NCBI GenBank assembly: GCA_012295275.1 | Contig: CM022672.1 | Coordinates: forward strand, 16,244,001 to 16,308,000 | Source: Chrysomallon squamiferum | Taxonomy: Eukaryota > Animalia > Mollusca | DNA length: 64,000 bases | Reading direction: 5' to 3' | In this document: piece by piece, positions 1 through 19,400 of the stretch | Layout: every line of letters starts with the position of its first letter | Numbering within the stretch: position 1 is the first letter of the stretch | Translations under genes and position numbers: made by a program | The notes under the pieces: generated by a model | The model's input: the letters and a program-made list of their open reading frames with translations, nothing else | The model's database searches: none | What the model was told of the DNA's origin: nothing

Positions 1-212
1 ATTTAATATTATTTTAATCTTTATATATATATATATAAGAAACAATGATAAAAAAAGACATATATATAAAACTTTATTATTGCATTTTTATTAGTTAATT
101 GAAAATTATTTGAATCTTTTACGTTTTCTTCATGCTCTTCTTACTACTACTGTCATCCCCACGAAAACAACAACTAATACTTCTAATATTAATACAGTTT
201 AAAAATAAATAC

Positions 213-267
<55 letters not shown>

Positions 268-638
268 GCCTATAATAATAATGTTTAGCTGTTGCCGAAG
301 AATATTTTCATATTTATGTCATTATGACGTCATTGTATCATTAACGGAATGCAAAAAATAAATAATTTATAATTTTAGAAACTGACAGCACATCGAATAT
401 CATTTCAGTCTTTAAATTAAAAATCACAATGTCATTATTCGCTAAGCCGTAATATAAATAAAAACGGTTTTTAAATTATGCAGATCTGGTTGTTACGGTA
501 CTATTTTTTTTATTTTGTTAACGGGGATGAATCCTGTTGCTGATTTATTTTTGTTCATTTTTTTTATTTTTATTATTATTTTACAATTATCACTGTGTGC
601 TTATCAAACATATATAACTGTATCACTAATTTCTTCCA

Positions 639-852
639 ATGCCTTTGAATCGACACTACACTCCATCACTGGAAAGAGATGGAATTTGGGTAAGTAGTAA
701 ATAATCGCATACACTGAAATGTTTGAAATACGTTTATGATGTAAATACATTGTCATAATGAAAATAACTGTCATTTTTACTATACAAATTCAATATTTGT
801 ACATTTGTTATGAATCTTTTTTTCTTCTCTTGTTTTTCTCTAATTTAATGAG

Positions 853-894
<42 letters not shown>

Positions 895-2207
895 AAATAA
901 GAAAACAAAAGATTTAAAACAACAACAATAGCAATAATAGTAATGATAACGATGACAACAACAATAATAATTAATAATAATGATAATGAAGACGATGATA
1001 ACAACAACAACATCAAGAACAAAAGTAACAATAAAATTACTAATTCTCTTGTAATTATAGTTTCAGCAAATACACGGCAAACATCAGTGACAATACGCCA
1101 ACGCGCATAACACAAGCATGCGTATCACACACACAGACACACACTAACACATAAACATACGCGCGCGCGCATAAACATAGAAGTGTATGATTATTTTATA
1201 TTTAGCTATTACTGTTACCTCTTACAGTTTACGTGTTTGAACTTCCAGCACTTATTATAATTATATTTGACTACTACTTATTATAATTATATCTGACTAC
1301 TACTTATTATAATTATATCTGACTACTACTTATTATAATTATATCTGACTACTACTTAGTATAATTATATCTGACTACTACTTAGTATAATTATATCTGA
1401 CTACTACTTATTATAATTGTATTTGACTACTTAGTATAATTATATCTGACTACTACTTATTATAATTATATCTGACTACTACTTATTATAATTATATCTG
1501 ACTACTACTTAGTATAATTATATCTGACTACTTCTTATTATAACTATATCTGACTACTGCTTATTATAATTATTTTTGACTACTTCTTATTATAATTATA
1601 TCTGACTACTACTTATGATAATTATATCTGACTACTACTTATTATAATTGTATCTGACTACCACTTATTATAATTATATCTGACTACTACTTATTATAAT
1701 TATATCTGACTACCACTTATTATAATTATATCTGACTACTATTTATTATAATTATATCTGACTACTGCTTATTATAATTATATTTGACTACTATTTATTA
1801 TAATTATATCTGACTACTGCTGCTTATAATTATATCTACAACTTATTATAATTATATCTGACTACTGCTTATTATAATTATATTTGACTACTACTTATTA
1901 TAATTATATCTGACTACTACTGCTGGTTGTGATATTTCAGTACAAACACCACAGCCACGGCGGCGTCGTGCACGAAGGACCTCTGCAGTCGACCACAAAC
2001 AAGATGCTGTACAGCCCGTTTTGCGAAGCTGCTTCTAAAATAAAGCCCGGGCCAGCACCCGAAGGCTTCAGAGACAAGGAAGATGTGAGTTACAATTATT
2101 AGGCAAGACCCATCTTCGTTTCATTTCCTATAACTTTTTATTTCGACTTTCCTCGTTGTTTATCGTTGTTGTGGTAGTTATTTTGCGATTCTGAAATAAA
2201 TGCACGA

Positions 2208-2245
<38 letters not shown>

Positions 2246-3409
2246 TCAACATTCTTGCACACACATGCACAGACAGTCATACATATATGTTATATACCCA
2301 CATATGCATATACAAAGACACACACACATTTACGTATAACTGTATATATGCTCACATTCGTGCACATACATGCACATACATACATACAACACCTAAATAC
2401 AATTATACGTAAATGTGTGTGTGTCATTGTATATACATATGAATGTATGTGTGTCTGTCTATCTGTGTGTGTATAAGTTATAATATACACAGAAAAAATA
2501 CATGTTCATTTAATTTAACTACTACTATGTACTTAAAATCATTTCCATGCACGCACCTCGTTTTACTTGTGCTTTCAGACAAACTACAAAACGTCAAACA
2601 GATTCTCTCAATTTGACAACAGATTCGCCGTCAGCAGACTTTACTACCCCGAGGTCAGTACATCATTTCGTTTTTAAGAGTAGTTTTTACATCTCGACAG
2701 ATTTTAATATTAATAATTCGAAGGAAGAAAGCTGCTGAAGTTACTCCACTGGTTACTCTTAGGATTAACTAGAAGGAATCTTTAATGTTTACCTTCCCTT
2801 TCATGGGAAAACTAATGAGGCTGTGTGAAAAAAGAAAAGAAAAGAAGAAGAAGAAGAAAAAAACCCCATTAAAATGGCTTGTTTACAGTTTATGTTTACA
2901 TCGGATCATTCCATTAGTCTTTCAAAAATCATTTACTTTCCTTTTCTTTGTTTGTTCAGGGTCGTAAAACGGAAACCTCGAAAAAATTCTACAAAATACC
3001 TAATTACACGGATAGAAATTTCCTGAAGCATTTCTCGAGGAAACCGGTCGAGTACAGCTTCAACACGCACTACCGCGACACGTTCGAGCCGAAAGAACCG
3101 GACCTGCCGACTCTGCACCGTCGATTTCAACGGAATTACCCGAACCCCGCAGAAGGCAAAGTGAAGCTGAACACGACCACAACAGACCAGTTTCAAAGCC
3201 CGGATGTTCCGTACACGATACCGTGGCGCGTCATGACTGCAACTCAACATCGTCCTCCGAAAGAGAACCCGTGGAAGCTGTCGTACCAGTCCATGTTCAA
3301 CGTGCCATACGACCACAGCACAAAACCGGTGATGCAGGACAGAGTGGTCCGGTACGGGCCTCGCGCGTTCTACAAACAAATCTCGTTCTGTTCAGATAAA
3401 GAGATATAA
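639..3409 (+). CDS. TEX36: TEX36-like (HDNR-domain family) protein, paralogue A, 4 exons, 239 aa
   Basis: Exons: 639-689 (MPLNRHYTPSLERDGIW), 1941-2084 (YKHHSHGGVVHEGPLQSTT...GFRDKED), 2579-2653 (TNYKTSNRFSQFDNRFAVSRLYYPE), 2960-3409 (GRKTETSKK...HRRFQRNY...DKEI*). All introns are GT-AG, phase 0, and the frame is continuous. The N-terminal DGxW, FSxxDNR and RRFxRxY motifs resemble vertebrate TEX36 as recalled. AATAAA at 3421. Confidence 0.8.
1250..1921. repeat. 26-bp minisatellite (CTTATTATAATTATATCTGACTACTA), about 26 copies, in intron 1 of TEX36-A
   Basis: Directly visible tandem array; unit starts at 1251 and 1277 give a period of 26. It ends about 20 nt before the acceptor AG at 1939-1940. 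Confidence 0.95.
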
Positions 3410-4058
3410 TTATAAACATAAATAAAACAATTAAAATAAAATAAATGAAAATAAAGCTATTCTAAAGCAAACTTTATTATTTATGACCATGTTTACTTTA
3501 TACAAAAAAAAAAAAAAAAAATATTGTTATTAAATATATTTGTTGTTTTCATTATTATTATTATAATTTTTTATGTTTTCATTTTTAGATGTAGCATTTA
3601 ACTTTTTTCTTTATTTGAAAATATATTTTCTACATTCCACCCATCTTACAACAAATGAATAATTAATACTTATATATTTTTTTCGTTCTTTCGTTTACTT
3701 TCATCTGCATCTTAAGATAAAAATATATAAATAAATAATAAAACAACAACAAAACCCCCCTCATGGTATGGTGTCGTTAAAAATTCACTCATTCATTCTT
3801 AACACCAAGAAACAGGGACGATAAATGTTGCATGGAAAGATGGCATAATTGCATTGAAGCGATTTGGTGTTTTTTTGCATTTGTTAATGTCATAAACACA
3901 TGAATGTTGAGTAATTATTTAGAAATGTGGTAGTAGGGGAATTTTATGTAAAACAAACCCAAAAAAAAGAACAAAAAACCCCAACAAAACAACCCAATTA
4001 TAAAAGAAAACAAAAGAAAAAAGAGAAGAAGTAAAAAAAAGGCAAGAAAAGAAAAGAC

Positions 4059-4089
<31 letters not shown>

Positions 4090-4723
4090 AAGGAAAGAAA
4101 AACAAAAAAAAAAAAAAAAAAAATCCATAAAAATAAAAACAATAGCGTCAAATCATAAACACTCAGAATAATACGTGAATTTAAAATGTTCATATATTTT
4201 TTTAGAACTATATGATATCACAGTATAATATTTCTCGTATGCACTGCCAGGTAGTTCAAATAACATACTATTATATATCTGCGGTTCATGTGAAAAGTTG
4301 CGGCACTGTGACGTCTTTATTTAAAATTAAGAACATCGGTTAATGAAAAGTATTTATTCTGTTACAAGTTAAATAATCGCTACTTTTTGACAATTTTTAT
4401 TTGAGTTCATAGCAAATTATTAGACTGCATCGACGTTATTTAACCGAGCTAATCCCGTTGTCAGGGCGCTACTTGTTTTCGCGGATGAATATGAATATTA
4501 ACGCTGGCTACTGGGATTTGTTTTGTTTATTTTTCTTATCGGTGACTTCTGCTAGAAGCAGACGTATGATCGATGTCACCAAAACACATGACATCGAGCG
4601 TGACTGAACGCTTTGACTGAGACTAACAGAGGAATACAAAATATGACAAGCTGATTACAACGAAAAAACAGATTAGGATTTTAATTTATTGAAAAACTGA
4701 AATTACAGAAAAGAAGAAAGAAA

Positions 4724-9554
<4,831 letters not shown>

Positions 9555-9710
9555 GCAACAATTTCAAAATTTGTAAAAATAAAATAATATAAAATTAAAT
9601 TAAATTAATGTTAGAATTAAAAATCATTAAAGAAGGGGGGGGGAAAAAAAAAAAGAAAGAAAAAAAAAAGAACTTTACTGCGTGTATTCTACAAACTGGT
9701 TTTTAGTTTA

Positions 9711-9741
<31 letters not shown>

Positions 9742-11403
9742 TTAATTTATTTTTAATTTTAAAAAAACTCTCTAATTACCCATTAAACATTTGTTATTTG
9801 TTGAGAAATAACGATTAACACTTGGTCATTTTTTTTTTTTTTTTTTTTTTTTGTTTGTTTGTCTGTCTTTCAAACAATTTAATACTATTTCGTTTCTTTT
9901 ATATTATATTTTTTCTCAGTCTCGGTAAATACAAATTAAGTGACATATTCTTTTGTTATCCTCTAACTCGGATGACGTATTAATTTATGTACAGTACGTT
10001 AAAGTTGTCATCGAGGTTTTTATTTGTGACTGTATCACTGTCACTGACATGTTTGTACCGGTTCATTTCTATTGCTTTGATGAGACAAGGAACGTGTGCG
10101 TGCGTGCGTGCATCTACGTGCGTGTGGGCATATTTACAATTAAAAATATAGATCGTTGTCTGTTTACGCATGTATTTGTTTCGTTGTTGCTTACATTACT
10201 GTTAAAGAAAAATGACTACAGCACGATGAGATTGATATCGATGATGTTCTTATGACTTAGAGCAATGTTCACATGATTCCTTTGTATCTTGTTATCTTAA
10301 TGCAGTGATAATATGAAACATATTACATTTATCTGTGATCTATTTATTTAACTCTACGTGACATTTGCAGCGTCCATGATAACAATTCAGTATTAATAAT
10401 TTCATTTTTTATCTAGTATTTTTAAAAAAACAGTAAAAAAACCCAATATTTTTAATATGATATATTTATATAAAAATGATGGTTCATATTAAAATTTTGT
10501 TTTTCTACATGGTGTTGCTTTGTAATTATAAATAGGAATCTGTTTTACATATGTGATTCCTTTGGAGGGAGATGTTTTTTCTTTCTAACACGTATTTATG
10601 TATCTTTTATTTATATTAACTTTCATTTCATCTTATGAGATGTGTCCACAATGCTGACGACATTCCTCTCTTTTATTTTTCTCCTCCGAATCTTTGGTTC
10701 TCTCCCTTTATTTATAACAACAAAAATAAGTGACGAAATTGATCAAGTTTACAGAATCTGAATCTAATCTTTATTTATTGCAATGCACTTCCGCTTAAAT
10801 AATTTATTATTTATTTATTTATTAATTATTATTATTATTATTGATTTATATACAATAATATTTCCGGTCATACTCTTGAACAATGATGGAAATGGGATTT
10901 TGGGGTACGCTGAAGTCTGTGAGGCTGAGATTGGAAAATATAGAGCTAGAGAAAAAAAAATTTATCTTAAAAATACAATTTGTTATTAGTGGAAAGTAAT
11001 GGGGAAAAAGTATTGAATTATCTGTAACTACCCTAATTTAACTATCAGTTAGTAACAATTTCTAATTCAAGAACATCGTGTTATTAATTCATTAAAGAAA
11101 GAATGTGTATTTGGTATGTTAATAATACAGGCTAATGTTATTTATGGGAGTTGAGTAAAATAAACAAGTATTAAAAAAAATAAACAAGTTAATTTCATTT
11201 GTTAGAAACCTGACGAAGGCAGGTAATTCTTGCCTATAAAAGAATAGAAATTTGAAAATGAAAAAAAGTGTGAATGTCTCTCAGATATTGTGAATAATAG
11301 ATAATATAAGCCACGATTCGAAATTGAGCATTCAGGGATAGGTTTTCGAGACCGGCAGTCATACAAATAAATAATTACGTTATTTCTTTAAAAAGGAAAA
11401 AGC

Positions 11404-11435
<32 letters not shown>

Positions 11436-14186
11436 AAAAAAAAAAAAAATAAATAATAATAAAAAAAACCCATTATTGTTGTTGTTGTAAAAGAAAAATA
11501 ATTCAACATGAAGAAAGCAATCGATCCTACGTCTGTGTGTATTTTAGTCAGTTTTTTTCTTTTTTAAATGAAGAGTGGCGTGAATTCTGACAATCAGTCA
11601 TGATTAAGCATTATTCTATTTTACTCGTTGAACAAAATAATCGATAGAGCCAAACAAATCTTTGTTCTGCTCTTTGTTGTGCGTGTAGATTTTTTCTTCT
11701 TCCTCCCACCAAATGCTTTATATTTTCGACCATATTTTTTTCTCGTCCTTTTTGGAAAATAGGCCACGTTTTATGCATTTTTATATATATATATATCTTC
11801 GAAATTATTGTGTACTATTCGATGAAACTGTGCATTCCTTTAACTTTTGATAAAATACTGAACATTTTTGAGAGAAAGAGGACTAAATACAGTAAAATAA
11901 TGTATCTCTGAATTTAGTTTAATTCACGTTTTGCGATTTTCTACACTTTAGTGTATATAAAAGGGCTTTATTTTATATACATTCTAATTTGATATATTAT
12001 AAACATATACATAAATTTTAAAAATACACAAAATCTATAATAAACAAGTTTATAAAAAAATAAGAGACTGCTGTTAGTTTTATGTTTATTGTAGCAAGAA
12101 AGCTATACACTGTACACAGTAGAAAGACATTTTACATATTTACACTGAATTAGCAACATACACATGCTTTTTAAAGCATAGAAAAATACATACAATTATC
12201 TTAAGTCTTAAATTAAGTCATAATTGTAAAGTTATACAAACTCTTGAATAAACAAGATTGACAAGTGCAATCGGCCGTATTTAATAATAATACATAAAAA
12301 TAAAACAATATGTTATCTGTGTGTAACAAGATAATTACAAGATTAAGAACGATTTCACATGGTGATACAAATTATTCAAACGTTTCTGAGCCTTTATCAT
12401 TTGACACTTTGATCAATACCAACATGTTCTTAATATATTATACGTCAGCCCAATCTCTAATGAGCTAAATGTGTTAAAAAATACATTCTTTTATTGTAGT
12501 TTCACAATTGATATTTTCAGACAAATCCTTAATGAAATAACAGAAATAACCGTGACATTAAAAAACCAAACCCTTATCATCAGAAGTTGTATTTTAACAA
12601 ATTTGAAAACATTTTATTCTTGTTAACAGTTAACAACGTAATTATTAATCTATCATTTGCAATGCATTTATGGCCAATGAAAATTCAAAGAGATGTGTCC
12701 AGGTACTGCCAAAAGCCTTGTTTGTCTGCTCAAGACACTGTTACAGTACCCTGGAGGAGCAGAGAAAACTTCTGTATAAGGTATGCAACCCAAATATCTG
12801 TCAGGTTAAAATCTAATGGTATGATCTTTATAACGCTGAGGTTGGTAGCTGTACTTAAAATGTTTAATTTTTAATTTATAATTAAATTTACAAATTTAAA
12901 AGTCAATAAATTTCTGAAAACAACACATTTTAGACCAGATTACAGTTACAGAATCTGAAATCCAAATGCTTATTAATTTATAATTCAGTGAGTTAGTGTG
13001 AATCAAACAGAGTTACAGAATACTAAATCCTGACTAAATGTGGTCAGTTATTTTATAATCTCTAAGTTTCTTCTGTGAACAAAACAGTGTATTATTAGAT
13101 TTCACTGTTTGTCCCAAACAGACAAATGACCAGTTTAAAATGAAGATCAGTTTGTTGAAGATTATATCTTGTACAAAGAAAATACACAATACATTACATA
13201 TATTAAACTAACAACAAAAGTCTATCTAATAAAATATATTTCAGTGTTATACACTAATTTCATAGGAAATAATTTAGTGTTCAGAAATTCAAAAAACAAA
13301 GAGAAGTAACCCATTGCAATCATACTGGTAACAGATAGTAGAAGTACAGATATGTGGAGTCTACACTCTTTGTAATGAAGGATTCCAATTTTCTTATGAA
13401 ATAGGTATACTCACCTGAAATGAATTGTAAAATATAAGAAATTACTTAAATCCAAGAAGTCACAGATCAGTTTAGACCATACTATACACATTATTATACA
13501 TGACGTGTCAAACAGAGATAATTAATACAAACAGGTTTTGCATGAATATATAAATTTTGGTAATGTCTTTGTCATGTTGCATTGCTGTGAAACACCTCTT
13601 TAGTATAAAAAAAGTAAAACATAATTGTTTCAGTTTGCAGAGTTCACAGAGCTGGTGGTACCCTGAAGGTGGTCATCTAGATGAACCACTTCAGGGCATC
13701 AATACAGTAAGAGTTCAAGCATCAGCTTATTGAACTTTAAACTGAAATTTTTTTATTTCATATAAAGGAATTTTGAGAGACATCTATACAAATTTAAATG
13801 TAGATGAGTCTGATGTAAATTTACAAATCACTTACATTTCATTTTATTTTTTATTCATTGTAATTTTATTTGTTTTTTAATAGGTTTTTTTTGTTAGTTT
13901 ACATTATGTGCCTGCATTCATCCATAAGAAGTAGAAAAATCAGGCTGACAAATAAATAAAAAAAGAAAAAAGAAAAAAAGAAAGAAAATACAGTTAATAT
14001 ACACAGCCTTTTCTATCAAAAACATAAAAAATATTAATTTATTGAACACTGTTGTAAACAAAAACATTATCTTAGCATTCCAGTACTTAACTATATCATG
14101 CAGTCACTATCTTTGGAAAATATATACAAAAACAAAACCTTAGGGTAACATTAAAAAAAAATAAAAAATAAAAAAAAATATTAAAT

Positions 14187-14360
14187 AACAAATAACAGGA
14201 TTTCCTTATTTGGCTTTTTAGATTTTCAGATTTGTAACATATTTATTTTTCTTAGAAACAAATGTTACAAATCTGAACAACCAAAAACAAATAACAGGAT
14301 TTCCTTATTTGGCTTTTTAGATTTTCAGATTTGCAATATATTTATTTTTCTTACAAACAT
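14187..14360. repeat. Tandem duplication (~99-bp period) with an internal 16-bp perfect inverted repeat
   Basis: AACAAATAACAGGATTTCCTTATTTGGCTTTTTAGATTTTCAGATTTG occurs at 14187 and 14286. TTCAGATTTGTAACAT (14225-14240) is the reverse complement of ATGTTACAAATCTGAA (14262-14277). Confidence 0.85.
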
Positions 14361-15648
14361 ATTTCTTTCAGTGATTTCATTTTGGTAGGTATACTTTCAA
14401 TGCTGACCTTGGTGAATTCTGTTTTGTGGTAAACAACATTCACTGATCAAAACAAAGTAACTATTGGCAATATGTTATCAAAACACAAAAAGGTGTATGC
14501 ATTAGAAACCAGCAAGTTACGGTTTGTGCAAAACTATTTATTCTTATTTAATCTACTGTACTAAGTCTCCAAATCACAAATTCTTCTTCTTTTCTCTTTG
14601 TTTGTAAATATTATCAGCAATTATTTTCAAATTAATATTATAAATTTGTTTTAAAACCCCCTGAAATTTAATGAAATCAATCATGATCGGTTTCTTCTGC
14701 TATTTTTTATTGTTCTTTAAAATAAAAATATTTTTGATGTCTCACCAATATAATTACAAAAATCTATGGAAATCCTTTGCTGGATTTCCTTTATCATTAT
14801 TAAGTAAAGAATTGTTGTATCAACATAACAAAATATTATTATTTGAAATTTCTATATATTTTGAAACAATTTATAAAAATAATGGGAAACACCTGCCTAA
14901 AAATATACTTTATTATTTGAAAAGAAAGGTCTTAAGGTAAAAACCCATTGACTTGATACTACAGTAAACATTTTGGTAACAATATTGGCACATTCACTGG
15001 TAATTAACTCTGTACAAATTTGAAATAAAATAAAAATAAAATACAGCTCAGTGAAAATCAATTTATATGTTTTAAATTGCAAGCTGAAATGAATTATTTT
15101 AAACAAATCAGCTGTTTATCAATAAACAGAAATGCAGGCAGTCATTTAATTAATGCTTCAAAATTGCACACAAAAAGTATTTTGCATAAACTGACAAAAT
15201 AATTTTGATTAACAAAAAAAAACTGTTGAATATTTTCATTTTATACAGCATAGTTTAAAAAATAATATTTTTAATAATAATCATAATAAAAGAACACAGA
15301 CATGTTTTGGTGAAAAATGACCATCTCATACTTTGTTCCTTTTTTAAAAATATGTGTCAGAATTTAAGAAATATTATAGAATATACACAGATTTATGTAA
15401 CACCCTTATTTCAGCAATGACAGCATTTCATAAAACAAATTATACTGCATTAAAAAAACCCTGATTAAACTATCACTACTAATTATCATATATTACTACT
15501 ACTACTGCTACTACTAATGTATATAGCTTAGTGAAACAGGATTGTTAATTCTTATGTATTCAGATAAAAGTCATTCTGATAGTAGAGGTCACTTGTATCT
15601 GAGGTAATGGAATTCATTTGATTTGCATGTAGAATGTTTGTGAAATAA

Positions 15649-15691
<43 letters not shown>

Positions 15692-16445
15692 TTAATAATA
15701 TTATTAATAATAACACTCATACCCAGAAGTAAATTAAAAAAAATTAAAAAAATATAATAAAAAAAATTTGTTTTCATTCACCCAGAACTCTTTATCTTCA
15801 AAAAACAATTAACTACAAAAAAAAAAAAAAAACATTTAAACTTTTAAAAAATTAATATGAACTTGTTCAATGAAAATCAAAACTGGCTGCTATGAACATG
15901 AACACAAAATCTGGAAATCAATTTAGACAGTTTATAACATGAGTGAGGAATTAAAACTAGTCCCATGCCATGATAAATAAATAGATAAATAATAGTAATA
16001 ATAATAATTAACAAAATAAAATAGACAGTTAAAAAGGGTAAGAAAAAAAATCACAACAATAATAATAATAATAATATTAATATCAAGAAAAACTAAATTA
16101 ATAAGGTAATGGTTTAAAGAAACAAAAATTCGCAAACCTCCTCACACCTCTAAAATCAATTATTTTACTTCTGAAGTTAGACCCTGGTTCAGGTGATAAG
16201 AAATTGAAACAGAAAAAACGTGAAGAACGTAACAGATTGTTTAACATTACAAAGTTAATAATGATTACACAGACACTGTTATTAGACTTGGTCAAGAAAA
16301 CTAAGCTCTGCTGACAGTAACAACTTCTGCAACACCACAGCAAATGACGATGTCTCCATCCTAGCGTCCTTGGATATTTGTGTAGTGAGAAATCTCAACA
16401 AGTTTTATTGGAAGCTCATTATCAGTGTAGTAAGAGAAGTATTCA

Positions 16446-19400
16446 TCACATGACATACACTTTATCAGCTTCGTCCAGATGGTAAATTTCTCTTGTCCGA
16501 GGACAGATGATTCGTCCATCATTGTTTGCAGCCATTGATGCCAATGACTAAAAATAAAAATAAAATAATACATGAGGCATAATTTCATATCATATTATTT
16601 GACTTGATACATAACAGACACACACACACACATACATGTATATAATGATGCTATTTTGTTGTAGCCACAAAAACATAATGCTAATATTTCAAACTGTCTT
16701 TGCAATAATAACAGTAGCAATAATAAATAAATAAATACTGCTACTGCTATGGTTTATAAAAGGATTCATTATTTTTCTTTTCTAAATTGGAGCAATTAGT
16801 TATTTCTGTCGCATTGCTCACTCTCTCGCTGTGTGTGTGTGTGTGGACAATGCTTATATGTGATGCATAGTTTAATTTTAATGTAAAATCATTTAATGTT
16901 CAAACGAAATGATTATTTTATTTTTTATTTTTTTTTCTTAAGTTTAAAACTTACAAAAACCTACAATAAAATTCCAGATCACTCTTTTTATTAAAAAAAA
17001 ATCCTTTTAAGAATATAGATTATACATTTGTTTTATTTAAAAAAATCCTTTTAAGTATATAAATCATACATACATTGAATCCATAGACATGTCCATTAGG
17101 GAGTACCATGGGTGGGTTGTGTTCATTCAGGGAATGTCCAGTGATGGTGCAGATCAGTTTTGAGTTTGAGCAATGAGCAAAAGGCAGACTCTTAGCCAGC
17201 TCATTGAGGTTCTTACTGCAGACAGGACAGTTGGTGTTTTTCGCTGAACCGTGAGATTTATAGCAATGACTGGCATTCGTTAAGGTCATATTTCTAGTAT
17301 GTGTATTTTTATAAATTATTTTCTACTGAAAAATAAAAAGCTACAGCTAGACAAAGTCCTTTAAGAATATAATTGTGGAATACATATATAAATTAATTTG
17401 AGACAATGCATTGATAGACCTTCACAGACTAAATAAAAAATGATTAATTTCACGTATTTAGTTTTACTCAGTATTTTTTGTGGTTTGTTTGTCTTCTTGT
17501 TTTTTAAAAGCTGTGGTATGAAATCAAGTGTGTTATTCATGTCTTTCACAATCTGTAACACAGCACTCAGCACTGGGGAGACGTTAAAACAATCTGAGAC
17601 CAAACTGATTTACTACTAACTGTATAATGAAGTCTGGAGCTATTTATTAGCAATGATCATATTTGTGTTACACTGAAAATATAAATGAGTAAGAAATTAA
17701 CTGAAATACTGGTTTACTTCTTCACATTATTTCCTGTCTCTGACCCAAACCTCTGACAACATAAACCAAGGTCCTGGTTTTAAAATCACAACAATACTTT
17801 ACAGGATTTATTATTTATGTACACCAATTAAAAAAATAAAATAAAATAAAATAAAACATTATAATAAAAAATATAAAACAATTACAAGGATTTTCTAGAA
17901 AGTAATGTCTCAATCTGGGACAGCATATAGAGTAAAGTTAGATTTTTCCAATTATCAGGAAGGAATCTTCTAAAAGAATCTTCATGAAGGTACCAAGTCC
18001 TCTGCTAAACCAATTGAATATGGGGGACTGAATGTAACAGGAAATGTATTATTAGAATACGAACAAGTTTATACTTATGACTTTTATGTGCTAAAATAGT
18101 ATTATTCAAATAGATCAAATCAATGTGATAGTTTGACTTACTGCGCAGTGAGAATTTCACACTAAGAAATAAGAATTTGGTAGTTAAATGTTGGCACACA
18201 GTGAGAACGCCGCTGTAAGAAGGCACAGTTCTGTAACAGTGCTGTGACAGTGCTGTGACACATAAAGGATACGGTGTTTTCAGAGAGGACAGGCCAGCCT
18301 GCAGTGCGGCTGTGAACACTGGAGTTGTATTCAGCTGGTGCAGTTTGAAATTCTCATTACGAAACTGCTGAACCAGTTCCTGCCAACAGCTTTCAGAAAA
18401 CAAACCCTGAAATAAAAAAAAGTAATATATGAATTTTTTTTAAAACCAAAGTGAGCAAATAAACAAAAGTGAAATGAAAACTATACATTAAATAATTTAT
18501 GAATTAATCAAAACTGACCTCTCCCCTGGAAAAGGCATGTCACTTTTTATACAAATTATGCTACATTATTATTTATTTAATTATTTTCAACTCTTATTTG
18601 TAAGTTCAAAATACACAATATTTCAGTTATTTCTCTTAAGGACCATATCATAAGATTACAACCTCAACAGAAGATCACCATACTTAAAAGAAGGCTAGAC
18701 ATGACATCTTTACATATCTTATGTCAAACATCTATATCTGACATTAAACATTAGCAAATACAGGCGTTTGACATAAAATTTATAAAGATACTGTATCTAG
18801 TCTTCATTTTTGGGTAGTGATATTGTGTTAAGGTTATAATTGTTACACTCATTAAGAGAAATAACTGAAATATTGACATATTTCCTAATCTACTGTACTT
18901 GTATCTGTCTATATATCTCTCAACATTCAAAGCCAACTTCTTTTGACCCAGTGCTTCACACATTATTTCTAAATAATGAAATAATTAAGGTTTAGAGATA
19001 GATACCTTATGAGGAGTGTTATCTGTGATTTTTGGAAATGCCAACAATCCCATAACTTTCTGAACTTCTGTAATGTGACAGTCATCAACAGAACTGAAGT
19101 ATCTCCTAGCATGTCTAACAAAAATATGATTATAGTTTCATTAATTTCAAACAGAACTGTAAGTGACAAATGTATCTTTTACTTTGTTTATTTGCTACAT
19201 TTGAATCAACACTGGTAGAGTATCCTCTGATGCTACATTGTGAGAATACAACACGATGGTAAAAGCTATATTTTTATAATGTTAAAATGTTTATAACTAT
19301 TATTACTTCATCATACGTCTATCACTGATATAACAGTTGAAAGTTATTTGAAAAACAGAACCACTGATATACATTAATATTACATTACAAGCGAAAAGCT

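Noticed and set aside
488-503. RFX X-box-like GTTGTTACGGTACT upstream of TEX36-A; also GTTGCTAGGTAAT at about 38110
   Set aside because: The first is too degenerate to support from sequence alone. The second is not near a promoter.
2933-3379. 148-aa minus-strand ORF; similar antisense ORFs at 34074-34457 and 40222-40704
   Set aside because: Antisense shadows of real coding exons of TEX36-A, CtBP and PUS1.
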